From contig NW_024704742.1 in NCBI RefSeq assembly GCF_018977255.1, positions 23,128,001 through 23,192,000 of the forward strand: 64,000 nt of DNA, written 5' to 3'. A model generated the notes under the pieces. That model worked only from the letters and a program-made list of their open reading frames with translations. It searched no databases and was not told where the DNA came from. Position numbers and translations under genes: made by a program. The DNA is from Callorhinchus milii (taxonomy: Eukaryota). Of the stretch, positions 61,776-64,000 are shown piece by piece (position 1 is the stretch's first letter; the number at the start of each line of letters is the position of its first letter).

Positions 61776-62909
61776 TAAACAGTCCTGGGCCAGGGGTAGG
61801 AGTTGAGGGGTAGGAAGGGGAAAGGAAAGAGGAAGGTCTTGAGATTGAGATTGAAAGAGGTGAGGGAAAGAGAGAGTTAGTCAGAGGGACTCTAGGATGT
61901 AGTTCCAGTGAATGGGGCAGATAGGCCGAATTAGATAGGCTACCCGACCACTGACATTGGGGTGGGGGACAGGAAGCAGGTCGGTAGGAACATAAGATAA
62001 GAACAGGAGAAGGTCATTTAGCCCATCGAGCCTGTTCCCAAATGATACTCATGGACGGAGCAGTTGATCAATGACGTCTCTCCTCCAGCTCTCCCTTCCC
62101 ATACTGCGTGCCGTAGGTTGGAAATTGTGTTATAGTGCAGTCCTTCCTTGTGTTTGTACAGACCCACCAGGTAAAATGCATCTTTTTTACATTCAGAACT
62201 AGAACTTCTTGTAAATCATTACAGTTTGTAAGACACCAGTTAAACATTGACTGGTGTTTTTTTCTGATAATGGAAATTCTCTACAAGTAGCAGTAGTCCC
62301 TTTAAGGGACCTCTAACAGTATCAGTGTCATCCACTGTGGTGCTTGATGTAAACAGTAATCCTCCTAGCTCAATTACATTGCCAATCCTGTTTTCAAGAG
62401 CTGATGCTTCAAGTGTTGGTTGTCCTGAAAGCAAGTCATGGCATAAACATGCCTGTAGATGGCTGAGGATTAGCATCTGTGTGCAATGCCTGTCAAACAT
62501 TCAGTTTTTCTGTAGGAAGCCACCATTGCCAAAAAATCTGTCAAATGCATTGATTTAACACGGAGGTCTTGATGCATGCACACTGTGAAGCAGATGGTAC
62601 AAATACAAAATAAGATACAAATCAGTGCAGTTCTCAGCTCATTTTGCCAAGGCCAGGCGAGTTGCTCAACAGGAAAACCTTGACTTGGTATCCAGCGATT
62701 GAGTGGTTTGTGCTTGATTGCCCGCGGACATGAATGATAATCTCTCACCCGTTTGTCACGAGACTGAACCACCACTGAAAGGTTGATTTGTTTGGAGCGG
62801 CAATAATCCAATCAGCAGCTTTAGCAAACGGAACCATTGGGCTGGCAGCAGGCTCCTGTAATTTCTTAGACTTAAGACCATTGAATTAAAATGTAAGATG
62901 ACATGCTGA

Positions 62910-63407
62910 AATCAAGGACCCAACTGTCTGCTCGGATTGGACATTAACTGCTGTGTGCAATTGACTACCGTGTTTCACCCACAAAATACACAGGCACTCC
63001 ACTTTACAATATATTCTCTGAAGTGCTTTGAGACGTCTCAATAACATGATAAGGTGCTATATCAAATGCAAGGATTATTATTATTATTATTATTAAAGAT
63101 CCCATGGCACTGTTCGAAGGGAGAAGGGAGATTCTCTCCATTTCCTGGCCAATAAGCCCTCAGTTAAAAATTGGTCATTCACATTATAGCTGTCTTTGGA
63201 ACATTGCTATGCGGAAATTGTCTGCCACGTTCGTCAACAAAATACACTATAATACACAAAATATACTTTAGAGTGTATCCTTTGAAGTGCTTTGAGGCAT
63301 CCTCCCGATGTGAATTGCTCAATATCAAATGTATGTTTATTAAAGCTATTTGCGATCTCCCCCCGATGTGAAAGGCAATATATGAAACACAAGAATTATT
63401 ATTATTA
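62910..63407 (+). mobile_element. Deu-domain SINE interrupted by a truncated young SINE (62949-63094)
   Basis: ggacatta | insert ending (TTA)n | aagatcccatggcactgttcgaag...cctggccaat. Confidence 0.7.
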
Positions 63408-64000
63408 AGATCCTGCAGGATTGTGGAAAATTCCTAAATTCAGGCTGAATTTTGGAAGCTGATTTTCCGCAGTATATGGAATGAACTTTGGGAAACCAGC
63501 TGCCAAATTAAGATGGAATTTTTAAAAATTCAAAATTCTGTGTGATCTAATATGTTTAGACAGTGGTCTCAATGATAAGACTATTAAGAATTTCAGTAGT
63601 ATCTGGGCTCCTGCTCTCAGCCTCTGTGGAATCTTTACACTGTCTGCATTGGGACTCTGGCCGATCCCAGCTGCTGGGATGGACTTACTAATGATGTGCG
63701 TTGAGCAGCTTTTTCTCCAGCTTCTCCTAAAGGCCTCCTCCAATGGATTAAAATAAAAAATTACTTTACAAAGTAAGAAAACCCTTTGATGCTATTTATA
63801 TCTGAACACATGAGGAGAGTAGTTTACACTTGAAAGTACTTGCTGTTACACTGCCGCTTATAGTATTAATGAAATGGTGCCGATACTCTTACCCAGGACT
63901 AACTTCAGGGTCCCTGGTGGTTACAGACACCGAGGTCCTCTGTCAGTGACTGGCATGTCTAAGCGTTTCTGAAATTGCACAGGAGATTTAAGGTAGTGAA

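Noticed and set aside
62240..62500. 86-aa minus-strand ORF as a nested gene or viral fossil
   Set aside because: No recognisable motif or splice context, and the length is compatible with chance. A BLASTX search would settle it.

Overview
Eukaryotic (vertebrate) genomic DNA, most likely a cartilaginous fish and probably a holocephalan such as Callorhinchus (inferred from the repeat types only). The only host gene I can support is the 5' part of a doublecortin-like kinase, best matching DCLK2, on the + strand. Coding exon 1 (14030-14474) and coding exon 2 (33222-33556) splice in frame and encode DCX domain 1 and most of DCX domain 2. The next exon is not recognisable, so intron 2 appears to run past the window end (>30 kb). 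A microsatellite-dense putative promoter/5'UTR precedes exon 1. The rest is a dense retroposon landscape: many L2-clade LINE fragments (one ~2.8 kb with endonuclease and RT), CR1 3' ends, a young tRNA-headed SINE sharing its 3' tail with the L2, older Deu-domain SINEs, a Tx1-like 3' end, an RTE-X-like RT fossil, a hAT-type MITE and an unclassified dispersed repeat. Nearly all short ORFs in the track are repeat-derived or low-complexity. I see no new multi-gene system. The most unusual observation is a copy of the DCLK2 exon1/intron1 junction, including the splice donor, inserted 28 kb downstream inside a repeat between 34-bp direct repeats (42777-42926). A 60-bp inverted self-copy inside an L2 and several nested insertions are also notable. 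Family names come from recalled consensus features, not database searches, and repeat boundaries are approximate.
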